Source: Trypanosoma brucei
Lineage: Eukaryota
Length of the DNA stretch: 64,000 nt
Assembly: GCA_000002445.1 (NCBI GenBank)
Contig: CM000208.1
Location: forward strand, 352,001 to 416,000
Direction of reading: 5' to 3'
Part shown: piece by piece, positions 1-9,481 of the stretch
Layout of the letters: the number at the start of each line of letters is the position of its first letter
How positions within the stretch are numbered: the stretch's first letter is position 1
Position numbers and translations under genes: made by a program
The notes under the pieces: generated by a model
The model's input: only the letters and a program-made list of their open reading frames with translations
What the model was told of the DNA's origin: nothing
The model's database searches: none

Positions 1-1602
1 TTTCTCCATGGCACGCATCCTTTCAAAGGCTTCTTCACCTTTTCCCTTCCGCAATTTTTCTAGTTTCTCCTCATACTTTTTGATAGCCCGCTGGTGAGTC
101 TCCACGACATTTTTTTCGTTGTCCAGCATTCCAGGAATAGACGCTGGCCACACAAAACCCTCTTTCATAACAACTTCAACGTCTTCCCTACTCCCCTCGG
201 GGGCCAGAGAGAGGCTCGTGTCCTGATTTGAATTAACGAAGCTATTCTCATGGCTACTGTCAGTAAGGTAACTACTATTGTTACTCCCAGTACCGTACGC
301 TATCTTAAAAGTGCCGGCCGGAGCAACCACCTCAAGCGCATCCTCAGACTCCTTCAACGTCCATGATTCTTCATCCATCGACGTTTTCAGACACAACAAC
401 CGGTCCGCATTGGCACACAGGCGCTGCCGTTGACCCGAGTAATAAGACAACGTCTCCAGCTCGCGCCATATGCACTCCCTAATAGACTGCATCTCTGCCC
501 TTAATTCAGCGCTGATGACCCACCACCACGGCACCTCAAAACCGTCAGTACATTCTCCACCATTTTGCTTAGCAGCTGTCGCCGTTGCGCCTTCACATCC
601 AGCAAGACCGCCATCCGCACTTGAAGCGGGTGCGGTATCACTCTTTGCTTTGTATGCTACTAGACTTTGTTGTAACTGACTGACATACTGTTTCAGTGTC
701 GCGGCGTCAAACTGATCTCCATGATTTTTCCCCTCATTTTCCCCCTCTTGCAGCTGCTGACTTCCACATGTCTCGTTCCGAGAGGTGCAGGCACCAACCA
801 GGTTTTGACGGACAGCCTGTAACCGGTCAGTGACGCTGTTCAACCACTCAACTTCCATGTCGAGCTCCACAAACTGCCCACGCAGCTCCCCTACCGCCTC
901 TTCAAAATTGTCACGGTAGTCCATATCTCCGTGACGGGACTGAGGCATCTTCCGGAGCTTTCCTCTTCGTCCGATGGTCTCCTCAGGAAGCTTGCGGGCT
1001 GACAGGACACAAGCAGCGTCACGAAGTTCATTACCCGTGGTTGTTCTGTCACCTTTCCGGATTACTTCAGTCTCAGCGCCGCCACTTCCGTCAGGCATTT
1101 CCCGCTCACTCTCGTCTGGGAGACAACGCACTCGCGTAAATAAGACATTACATTCCGCGTCATCAGCGGTGTTCGCCACTTCTGATTCCCCTGAAACGTG
1201 GAAGTCCAGGCTGATACGATCGCACCCCGGCCGCTTGAGGTTTCCGTGATTCCTCACAGCTCTCTGTGCTGGTGGTTCAGCGTCAGTCACCACACTGCCT
1301 CCTTCCATGAAAAATTCGGGGCATCCATCGGTTTTCGTAACGCTCTCGTTTTCATTTTCAAGAGGGCAACCCACACTAACTCCGGAACTTTCACCGTTGC
1401 CAGCTTTTACATCTTTCTTTTTTACGGTGTAAGCTAATGGAAACAACCCCATACGTTCGCCAAGTTTCAAAACGGCCCAACCTCCAACCTGACGAACAAC
1501 CTGCACCTCCTCTCCCGCCTTTGCCTGCAGGCAGAGATTGGCATACTTAGCTTCGGGTGGTGGGGTGTACGGAAAGGCCACAACCCGATTGGACAAGTTC
1601 AT
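1..1602 (-). CDS. SH3-domain protein, partial (3' end runs off the window start). N-terminus MNLSNRVVAFPYTPPPEAKYANLCLQAKAGEEVQVVRQVGGWAVLKLGERMGLFPLAYTV
   Basis: I translated all 534 minus-strand codons from the ATG at 1602-1600 down to position 1 and found no stop; the frame ends exactly at base 1. The N-terminus fits the SH3 pattern (ALYDY-like AFPY, GEEVQVV, GGW, G..G.FP.AYV). The ORF track omits it because it has no in-window stop. Confidence 0.55.
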   Translation of the reverse strand, partial: MNLSNRVVAFPYTPPPEAKYANLCLQAKAGEEVQVVRQVGGWAVLKLGERMGLFPLAYTVKKKDVKAGNGESSGVSVGCPLENENESVTKTDGCPEFFMEGGSVVTDAEPPAQRAVRNHGNLKRPGCDRISLDFHVSGESEVANTADDAECNVLFTRVRCLPDESEREMPDGSGGAETEVIRKGDRTTTGNELRDAACVLSARKLPEETIGRRGKLRKMPQSRHGDMDYRDNFEEAVGELRGQFVELDMEVEWLNSVTDRLQAVRQNLVGACTSRNETCGSQQLQEGENEGKNHGDQFDAATLKQYVSQLQQSLVAYKAKSDTAPASSADGGLAGCEGATATAAKQNGGECTDGFEVPWWWVISAELRAEMQSIRECIWRELETLSYYSGQRQRLCANADRLLCLKTSMDEESWTLKESEDALEVVAPAGTFKIAYGTGSNNSSYLTDSSHENSFVNSNQDTSLSLAPEGSREDVEVVMKEGFVWPASIPGMLDNEKNVVETHQRAIKKYEEKLEKLRKGKGEEAFERMRAMEK

Positions 1603-2112
1603 CCGCCTGATACTCAACCCTCCTCCACGAAAAAAAGGAATGCAAGTAAAGAGAACACCGACAAGAATTTAGGCTGCCGGTACCTCCCGCCACTTTTTCT
1701 GTTTCAGTGTTTCCCGGTTCTCCTTTTTTTTTCGTAGGGAGTAGCCCCTATGGATTCGAACCAATAACACCAGTGTGGTTTGTCCACGCGTACGCCCTTG
1801 CCTCATAACGTTGACAGGGGGGAAAAGGTAGGAAGCATATTATAAACTACAGGCACTGGGGGTTGCAAAGGAAACACGCAAGTTATGTGCAGGGTTTGAG
1901 TGAGGCATTGGCATTGTGTTTTGGGGGCGGTGCTGCTGTCCGCCCATGTTGCACGTTATCCCGCCAGCACATACCCATTCTGCTGCCACACATTGCGAAC
2001 AGAGACAACAATAATATATTACCATTACGCGAATCTTATACACCAAGCGCTTCGGTTACAATTACCACCTTCTCCCCTCTAGCGCAAATAATCGGTAGAA
2101 CGTATAAAAGGA

Positions 2113-3738
2113 TCATTTCGCTGGTGCCACTTTGTTATCCACCCGACTGTCCACTGGCCGTTCCTCCCCACATGCGCAGACCACCTTTTCCCGATAGTTT
2201 TGCCGCTGGCAATTGAAACAATACCAATCGCCTCGTGACCAAAAGGAGAGAACGTCCGAGCGGATGCCATCGGCTGCGGGAAGAAAGCACACTTGGCAGC
2301 GCGTGTCCTCACGTTTATTCACCTTGTGGCAGGCACATCGCCAGTACTGTCCGTCATTAACCGGCTGGTGGTGCCACTTCTGCCCGCAGCGTTCGCACTT
2401 GGCCGTTCCATGTGAAATACGAGCAAATTTTACACTTGCGTCCTTCGCAACGGAGGCGTCAGTGAAACTCCCACTGGTCCCCAGGTTGGTACCGCCATTG
2501 GGGCAGCTCTTGCTATTATTTTTGCAGCTGCGATCCAGAGCTACAACGTGTCGCGAGGATTTATTGACATGATTGCATGACTCACAGAACCAATTCGTCG
2601 CACTAGCAAAGTCCCAGACCCGCACAAGTTCTTCCAACGTCGACTGATGAGCGAATCGACGAGGGATGCGACATCGAGTACATGACACCAGTGAGGCGTT
2701 GCATACAACACCACACCCGCACAGCCACGCATCGCTGCGAGTAGATGCAGTTGCACCATGCAGCGGAACTCTGCAACGATTGCAGCGTTGTTCCGGAGCG
2801 AGTCGGGGGAAACAGTTGTGCAAACCGAAGGGACGCGCAACATGGATGCGGTCTGCAGGTTCGGAGCCGTACAACTGGGAGTTGCTCAGTTTCTGTTGCC
2901 CTCCACAATTCCAGCAGGACACAGAGAGGTCAAAGCGACCAGTCTCGCAGTTCCTGCAAATAGACGACTGAAGGGCATTTGACTCGCTACATACAAAGCA
3001 CCGCCACCGAGCAACTCGGTTACGTGTTACAATTACGGAGCCCACAGGGGAACGCTGTATCTCGTCCGCTACGCGTTCATGCTGGGCAACGTGAAGTTCT
3101 GTCTGCGCCTCCCGTGCTAGATTACAGCAGCGACACACCGCATCCCTTTCGAAGTTGAACTCGTGACAACGACTACAGAACCATGTAGTGGGATTGCCGC
3201 GCCAGCGAGCCACCGCCGTCGCCGCGTCATGACGCACGGTGTGACAAGAGTCACAAACAGATCGAGAGCGATATGGCATACAATGCAAACACGAACCACA
3301 TACCCAACCACCCGCTTCAAGAGCACCAGCACCTTCTTCGGTTGTTGACTCTACGCGACGAACTTCAGATTTCTGCTCTTCAGTCAACCGCTGGGGCTGG
3401 AGACAAGAAAGGTGCGTAGTAGAGGAAACTGATGGCAGGTTACCGGAGTCTTCGTCGATGCCTGTTAGAACCGCTGCTTGCTGCTCGTGAGCCCGGCGAA
3501 TATCGTGGCCGCCCATTGGTGCGCGTGTGTTGAACTCAATTTCGTCCACAGGCCATGGTGGTAAATCGTCCGCAGGGGTAATTTCTCCCTTTCCATCCGT
3601 ACGAGAAGTTAGGCCTTCTGTTTTTCGCCAAATGCCTTCCCGACTAAGATGCAAGGGCGGTGGGGGCTTTATGCCTAAGACCTGCCGGTATCGAAGCAGA
3701 GGGAATACGTTGGACGCGATATTAAGCCATCGCCGCAT
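2113..3738 (-). CDS. Zinc-finger protein with multiple RanBP2-type (ZnF_RBZ) fingers
   Basis: 541-aa ORF with a true ATG start. At least six W-x-C-x(2-4)-C-x3-N-x6-C-x2-C units, e.g. WFCSRCHEFNFERDAVCRCC, WNCGGQQKLSNSQ, WLCGCGVVCNASLVSCTRC, WFCESCNHVNKSS, WRCACHKVNKREDTRCQVC, WYCFNCQRQNYREKVVCACG. Confidence 0.7.
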   Translation of the reverse strand: MRRWLNIASNVFPLLRYRQVLGIKPPPPLHLSREGIWRKTEGLTSRTDGKGEITPADDLPPWPVDEIEFNTRAPMGGHDIRRAHEQQAAVLTGIDEDSGNLPSVSSTTHLSCLQPQRLTEEQKSEVRRVESTTEEGAGALEAGGWVCGSCLHCMPYRSRSVCDSCHTVRHDAATAVARWRGNPTTWFCSRCHEFNFERDAVCRCCNLAREAQTELHVAQHERVADEIQRSPVGSVIVTRNRVARWRCFVCSESNALQSSICRNCETGRFDLSVSCWNCGGQQKLSNSQLYGSEPADRIHVARPFGLHNCFPRLAPEQRCNRCRVPLHGATASTRSDAWLCGCGVVCNASLVSCTRCRIPRRFAHQSTLEELVRVWDFASATNWFCESCNHVNKSSRHVVALDRSCKNNSKSCPNGGTNLGTSGSFTDASVAKDASVKFARISHGTAKCERCGQKWHHQPVNDGQYWRCACHKVNKREDTRCQVCFLPAADGIRSDVLSFWSRGDWYCFNCQRQNYREKVVCACGEERPVDSRVDNKVAPAK

Positions 3739-4835
3739 GTGACCACCTCACCTCTACCTCCCTGTTCTTTCTCTGTCAGGTTCACCTAACCTAACTTAGT
3801 TCTAGGATTCCGACACGAATTAACGCTCGACATTGTTCAAGTGATGACAACAGAAATAAAGTAAGGGATAAGGGGGGGAATAGACGTACAATGCGAATAG
3901 GTGCCAAGATCTATAAAAAAAAAAAAGCCGATGACGAATAAAAATCAGGTAGATGAAGCCATGGTAACGGAAGAAAAAGTGGTCACTTCAGATCATGAAC
4001 GGTAAACCGTCCCTGAAGTAGTTTAGTCCTCTCCACTTTTATGACGCTCACTGTCATATCACTCTTAATTCCGTCCCTCGCTTTACCCTTTTCCTTCTTT
4101 ACGAAGCATATCCCTCCAAAAGACGCCAATGTCATCACGTGAGTAGACACATGGTTGAAGAAATTGCAGCTCTGTTTGTATCTGTAAAAGAATTAAGAAA
4201 GAGGTGTATGTGTGCTGGGAGTGTAAAATGAGGGTTTAAACTCTATGCGATGGGGTCCTGTTACGAGACCCCTGGTGAGTTAGAACTCAAAAGAAGACAG
4301 AGAAGCAAGTCTAAAATATGCGAAGGTAAACACCTAGCTTCGTGGGAACGGGTAAAACAACAACAACAACAACCGAAAACACATCATTCGCGCACTCACC
4401 TCCCCTAATAACCTTTGCCTCTCCCTAAGCAAACTACACCACCCAATGGCACTTCTATACCGTCCACCAAAACCGGTGTCACTCCACGATGGAAAAATGA
4501 ACCAAAGCTAACGAAAATGTGTCTATGTATCTATGCAAACATGTGGTCGCTCTTATGTTGCTGAATAAATTGGTCTGCGATGATGCGGCACCTCGATTGG
4601 CTGATTACCTGCAGCCGATCGGTCCACTTGATAAATTCGCTCCGCGAAAAGATGAATAGGGTAAGAAAAACAGAAAAGAGGAACGAAAAGAAGCAACTCC
4701 CTAAAATGTACGCTGGTATATGGATATACACGGATATATTCTCTAATCTTATTCTATAGTTGCACGGAGACCTTTTGCAGCATGTGCCGAAGCTACGCTG
4801 CAATGAGGATTACCTTTCTTCAATTGTATTTTGCA

Positions 4836-6788
4836 TCACGAAACCCTAGTGACAAATCGGCTGTCGTCTGTGCAGTGGACCAATTCCTCTCCATCGATCC
4901 AGTGTTTGGTAGCCGGATACTTCGAGTCACGTGGCGGTGAATACGAGAGCCTACGCGGCAGCAGTGACGTGTTGGGCGTACCGTCTGTGAGTGGAGTCCT
5001 GTTTTGCCATATTTGACTCCATGGTGAAGCGCTGCCACTCTGTGCCTCCTTTTCGTCCACCCTGAGCTCGTTATCCTCCCTCATTTTGGGGGACGTGAGG
5101 GGAATAGGATTTTTAATGCGAGTGAAAGCCTTGTACTTTCTCTGCTGTTGCTGTCTTCGTTCATCCTGCTTTTGCACCATATCCCGCAACATATTCAACA
5201 AGTCGTTCGTTGTACGGCCTTGAGGGTTGCTGCTAGCAGTCGATTCCGGCATGGGCCACTGCCTCGCCACGTTGACAGCGTCCGCACCGTCCGGAGAGTC
5301 ACGGAGCGTTTTGTTGCTCATGTCTCCCCCGTTTGTGTCTTCTGCAGTTAAATAATCCCTTTGCAATGGTTGGCGATGCAGGACCGAGGGGTCACTTACT
5401 CTTATCCTCGGCTTGTCATCCGTAACAACGCTGTAAGCACTCGCGTCCGACTCATCCTCAGGAGTTAGGTCAGATACCTCCACATGAACCGTTTTCCCCT
5501 GATCCGGCTTGTCAGTTAGCGGGGTAGACAAACGAGGAACCCGCGGGTCTACAGAATCGTGGAGTGGAACGGGAGGTGACAGCCTTCGCCTTTCCTTCTG
5601 TCTTTGTTGCTCCATCACGTGGGACAAGAAGGCAGCGCTGACAGTTTCATCCATCACACATGAAGCAACGGCACCAACGGATGCTGAAAGCGTGGAACAG
5701 TTAATGAAATCAACAGTGTCTACTGCGGTGTCACCCGCTCCCGGATCCATCATAGATAAATGAGGGGTGAATGTTTCGGCACTATCCACATACTCTCGCC
5801 GATCCCTCTGTTGTCCTGACTCTTGTTGCAACTGCCGGTGTTGCTGCATGGGAGGGTCATGTTCCACCCCTCGGGCCTCATCTTTCATGCAGGCTGCTGT
5901 GTCCAAACCATCGGTACCATCACCCGACACGGGTTTACCTCCAGAAGGGCAATGCTGGGGGCCGTATTTGCAGTCGTGGTTTGTGGTTGCATCCCCTGCG
6001 GATATTTCACCAGCAGCGGACGTGCCCGTGAGTGAACACGGGTCAATTCGCCGAGTTTGTGTGACCTCGACATGGACAGGAGTGGCGATGGACAAGCTGC
6101 TCTCGCTTCCGGGTTGCAACTCCCTCCTGCTCGTTCGGCTGCAACATTTAGAGCGTTGAGGCGGAGGGGAAGACGAGTGGACCATGCTGCACGGTGCCGA
6201 TACGGAAAGGGAAAATCTTCCCTGCGGCCAGTGTAGTGCGCCAATATCACAGGTCTCGGTGCCTCCGACACTATTAAGCGTATTACATTCCCCAGATACT
6301 TCCGCACTGATCTCCGTAGCCCCGTCATCCACAACCATGGAAATTTGGCTGATTTCTCGCGCTGGCGATAACATTCCTCCACTCATCGAAGAGCGCACGG
6401 ATTCCGCAGACAAACTGGCTTCCACAGCTTCTCCCACAGCAGATGAGGAATCGTTTCCTCGGGGCTCCGACTTTTCGCTCGGTTGGGCGGGTAGGGTCTC
6501 AGAGGATCGACGAATGCTCAGCGGAACAGAGGTAAGAGAGAGATCGTCCGCCCTCTCTGGTGCCGCTTCCTTACCAGAGCATGAAGTGAATTTCTCACAG
6601 TCCACACCATCGGAACAATTGCCGTCATTTACTATCGCAGGCACGCGAGGCCCACTGCTAGACCGCCCTGCGGAGCCATTGTCTTCCCTGTCAGGTGCAG
6701 TTACCGTTTCTGCCGGTTTCTCTTTCTTCACCTGTTTGTCCTCGGCCACATCGCCTTCTCGAGAGCATTTGGTGCACGCGGCTCCCAT
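4836..6788 (-). CDS. Ser-rich low-complexity hypothetical protein with a predicted N-terminal dual-acylation motif (MGAACTKCS)
   Basis: 650-aa ORF with an ATG start at 6788-6786. No recognisable catalytic domain. Gly2 and Thr6 fit the N-myristoylation consensus, and Cys5 is a candidate palmitoylation site. Confidence 0.55.
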   Translation of the reverse strand: MGAACTKCSREGDVAEDKQVKKEKPAETVTAPDREDNGSAGRSSSGPRVPAIVNDGNCSDGVDCEKFTSCSGKEAAPERADDLSLTSVPLSIRRSSETLPAQPSEKSEPRGNDSSSAVGEAVEASLSAESVRSSMSGGMLSPAREISQISMVVDDGATEISAEVSGECNTLNSVGGTETCDIGALHWPQGRFSLSVSAPCSMVHSSSPPPQRSKCCSRTSRRELQPGSESSLSIATPVHVEVTQTRRIDPCSLTGTSAAGEISAGDATTNHDCKYGPQHCPSGGKPVSGDGTDGLDTAACMKDEARGVEHDPPMQQHRQLQQESGQQRDRREYVDSAETFTPHLSMMDPGAGDTAVDTVDFINCSTLSASVGAVASCVMDETVSAAFLSHVMEQQRQKERRRLSPPVPLHDSVDPRVPRLSTPLTDKPDQGKTVHVEVSDLTPEDESDASAYSVVTDDKPRIRVSDPSVLHRQPLQRDYLTAEDTNGGDMSNKTLRDSPDGADAVNVARQWPMPESTASSNPQGRTTNDLLNMLRDMVQKQDERRQQQQRKYKAFTRIKNPIPLTSPKMREDNELRVDEKEAQSGSASPWSQIWQNRTPLTDGTPNTSLLPRRLSYSPPRDSKYPATKHWIDGEELVHCTDDSRFVTRVS

Positions 6789-7513
6789 CCTTCACTCTAG
6801 TGCGAATCAATAGTCTGATTACTGCTTGGGTAAGACAAAAAGAGTAAAAACAAGTAGAATTACAGAAACATTCATTCAGTCCACGTGAACTTACAGAAAT
6901 AAAGGGAGGCATGCATTGACAAGCGAGTGAACAGCGGCCAAGGGGAAAACGGCACAAGCTTCCCCCATTGCACTTCGACTGCATCACCCCGAAGCGGAAC
7001 TGACTACCTCATCCGCGCGAACAGTAGCCCCACACGCGCCTGTACGTATGTAGCTCAAAGAAGGGCCAATCCATTCAGCCACATCGTGAGGAATACTAGC
7101 ACTCACTAGAAGTAACGGGGAGCGAAGGGAGAATGTATCGAGCGCAATAGAGGAAGCACGAGAAAATGTTGTGTAATTTATCCTTCTAGGTACCGCTCCA
7201 CCCACAAAATCCTCCTGGCACCGCGACCCAATAACCCCACAAACTGCTCCCTTCCTGCCATCCGCTGATGGGACTTCACACCATGCAGAGGGGGGCGCAC
7301 AAAAGGTCTCGGTGGGCAGTGAAGCACCCATACACTGGTTTACCACACAACAGCAACGATAAATCCAAACATAAATTCTAGCAATGAAACTGGGTAAGAG
7401 GATGTGGCGTCTCGGCGTCACACAGCCGTCACCATTCTGATACAGAGAAACGCCCAAACTGCAGGCTTCAACCAGGTGCGGCCACCGCTGCTATTACTTC
7501 TCTGCAGCAACAG

Positions 7514-8365
7514 TCACCAAGTGCCTAGAGGCAGGTACATCCATTTAGCAATGCACTCCGCAAAAACAGAGGTGGAAGACATTAGAGCCTCACGTCTCAG
7601 TTTCAATGAGAGATTGTCTCCTACAGGTATCATAGTAAGCTGAGTTATTAGCTGTGTAAGTAAGTCATCTGCATCCATTGTCTTGATGTGGAGGAGCTTA
7701 CGCAGCGACCCCGCTTCCTCATTTTTTACGCTCGAACCCTTCGCACCTGCAACCTTCTCCCCGACGGGAACACTAACGGCTCCTCTCACCAGCGTTGCCG
7801 CGTGAAGTAGCCGCTGTCCCACACACTCCACCTCCGCCAACATCAGCAACAGCGGCGCGACATATTTTCGCTCCAAACGCCGGCGGTGCCAATCGAAGGA
7901 CCTCTCGGCCACATCTGTGGAGTTAACATCCTCATCAACGCACAACGTGGCACCAGGCGATAAGGGTGTGGAAGATGTAGAAGTAGAGGTTATCGACGAC
8001 GACTGATAGGAGCAAAAACTTCCTTCAACACTAACCGCGTCCTCCTGCTGCCTAAAAGGGGGATCACAGCTGCGTGCTCGTCTCAGCCATACCTGACAAC
8101 CCTTTAGGAGTTTCCACGGGCCACTCACCCCCCTCCTTGCAATAGGATGACGAAAATGCCGCATGACACACGTGACGGCAACGACACAAATGCAGCCAGC
8201 GGTGACATACCGATGAACCTTCCGACACCGCGAAATGCGTCCAAGAAACGCTAAGAAGTCGCTTAGCGCCCTTGACTGCCCCGGTAGAGCCGTCCAACCG
8301 TTTCGCGCCAGCCATGAAGATCTCGTCGTTAGCGACTCACATACAGTGAAGCAGGAGGCGGACAT
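7514..8365 (-). CDS. Hypothetical protein (start moved to the first ATG; the track start at 8470 is a TTG)
   Basis: The track ORF 7514..8470 begins with TTG, and the first in-frame ATG is at 8365-8363 (MSASCF...). It sits in a 2.7-kb gap between flanking genes, a spacing at which a gene is expected, but no domain is recognised. Confidence 0.3.
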   Translation of the reverse strand: MSASCFTVCESLTTRSSWLARNGWTALPGQSRALSDFLAFLGRISRCRKVHRYVTAGCICVVAVTCVMRHFRHPIARRGVSGPWKLLKGCQVWLRRARSCDPPFRQQEDAVSVEGSFCSYQSSSITSTSTSSTPLSPGATLCVDEDVNSTDVAERSFDWHRRRLERKYVAPLLLMLAEVECVGQRLLHAATLVRGAVSVPVGEKVAGAKGSSVKNEEAGSLRKLLHIKTMDADDLLTQLITQLTMIPVGDNLSLKLRREALMSSTSVFAECIAKWMYLPLGTW

Positions 8366-9481
8366 CCTCCCACAGGTGGATACGAGTGGTGGATGAATGG
8401 TGGTGTCGGACTTTGCTGGTGTGCTCGACGCGCACCCGCACCAAACGTCGAACAAAACTCCGACGGGCAAATGGTCAGAAAACTGCTACTGTGGCAAAGA
8501 TATTGTGCCTACTTGGATCCCTTCGGCAAGTTGCTGGAGGAGGAGGAGGGAAGACCAGATCCACGACAGCGCCACGGGAAGATAAAACTACTTCCTCACG
8601 TAGAGGTGGCAATTATGGTAAATAATCCCGTGCAGCATGGCCAGCTCCTCAGAAACGCAAAAATAAATAAGAAAAGAAAAGAGATCGTCCCCTTACATTT
8701 TCTCATAGCCGAACGCGCGACAAGAAAGGTCATTTGAATCGTTCCCTCTCTGACAGCGGTCGTGCTAAGCAGAGTGACATTAGAATAAACGACAGGTTAA
8801 ATTATTCGAAGGTTTCAACGACAAGTGCACCATACCACAATGAGTCCAACGCTTTTAAAACGACATACTGGCACCCACTGCGGCTTCAGGCCCACAAAAA
8901 ACGGAGAGGCCAGCAGTTGCCGTGGGGTCCAAGGAAACCGAAACTCCTTCACTTGAGACTTTATTTCTACGGGGCGTGGTGCACGTTGCAACGCGGCGTG
9001 AATGAACCACCTCACGGTCCAACATAAGGACATGAAGTTACCTCCAGCGGTCCCCATCGTTTCCCCAACCTGTATGTACTGATAAGATCACTTGCTGAGT
9101 CTCTCTCCTCTCGACCACATATCAACCTACAGCAGTGCAATGCACTAATCTCATAAACACGAAGAAAGACGATAAATATAAACGTTCTGTGAAGCTGGAG
9201 AGTTAGGACGCAACTCAGGTAGAATAGAACGACGAAACAATATACGGCCGAAGAGGTTACGTATGACGATCACTTGCACAAACGAGAGTTTAAACCAATG
9301 AACAACGTCTGACAAGCAATGCAGCAAGGATCCAAGGGGAGAAAACGAAACAAGAGGGTGCGCGGAAAACTTTCCTTAACCGAGTCACCTCGGCGGGACA
9401 TCCCTCTGGCACAAGTGTTCAGACCGTGTGGCGGTTCACTAACTCATAGAGATACTCATACAAGGAAATATACTGGATAAG

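Noticed and set aside
1745-1785. ggattcgaacc on the + strand (ggttcgaatcc T-loop consensus on the minus strand), suggesting a tRNA
   Set aside because: The flanking sequence cannot form a 5-bp T-stem (only 3 pairs), and no matching acceptor stem or anticodon arm was found, so it is probably a chance match or a degenerate remnant.
6184-6813. 209-aa + strand ORF
   Set aside because: It is antisense to the 650-aa Ser-rich minus-strand gene and has matching low-complexity composition.
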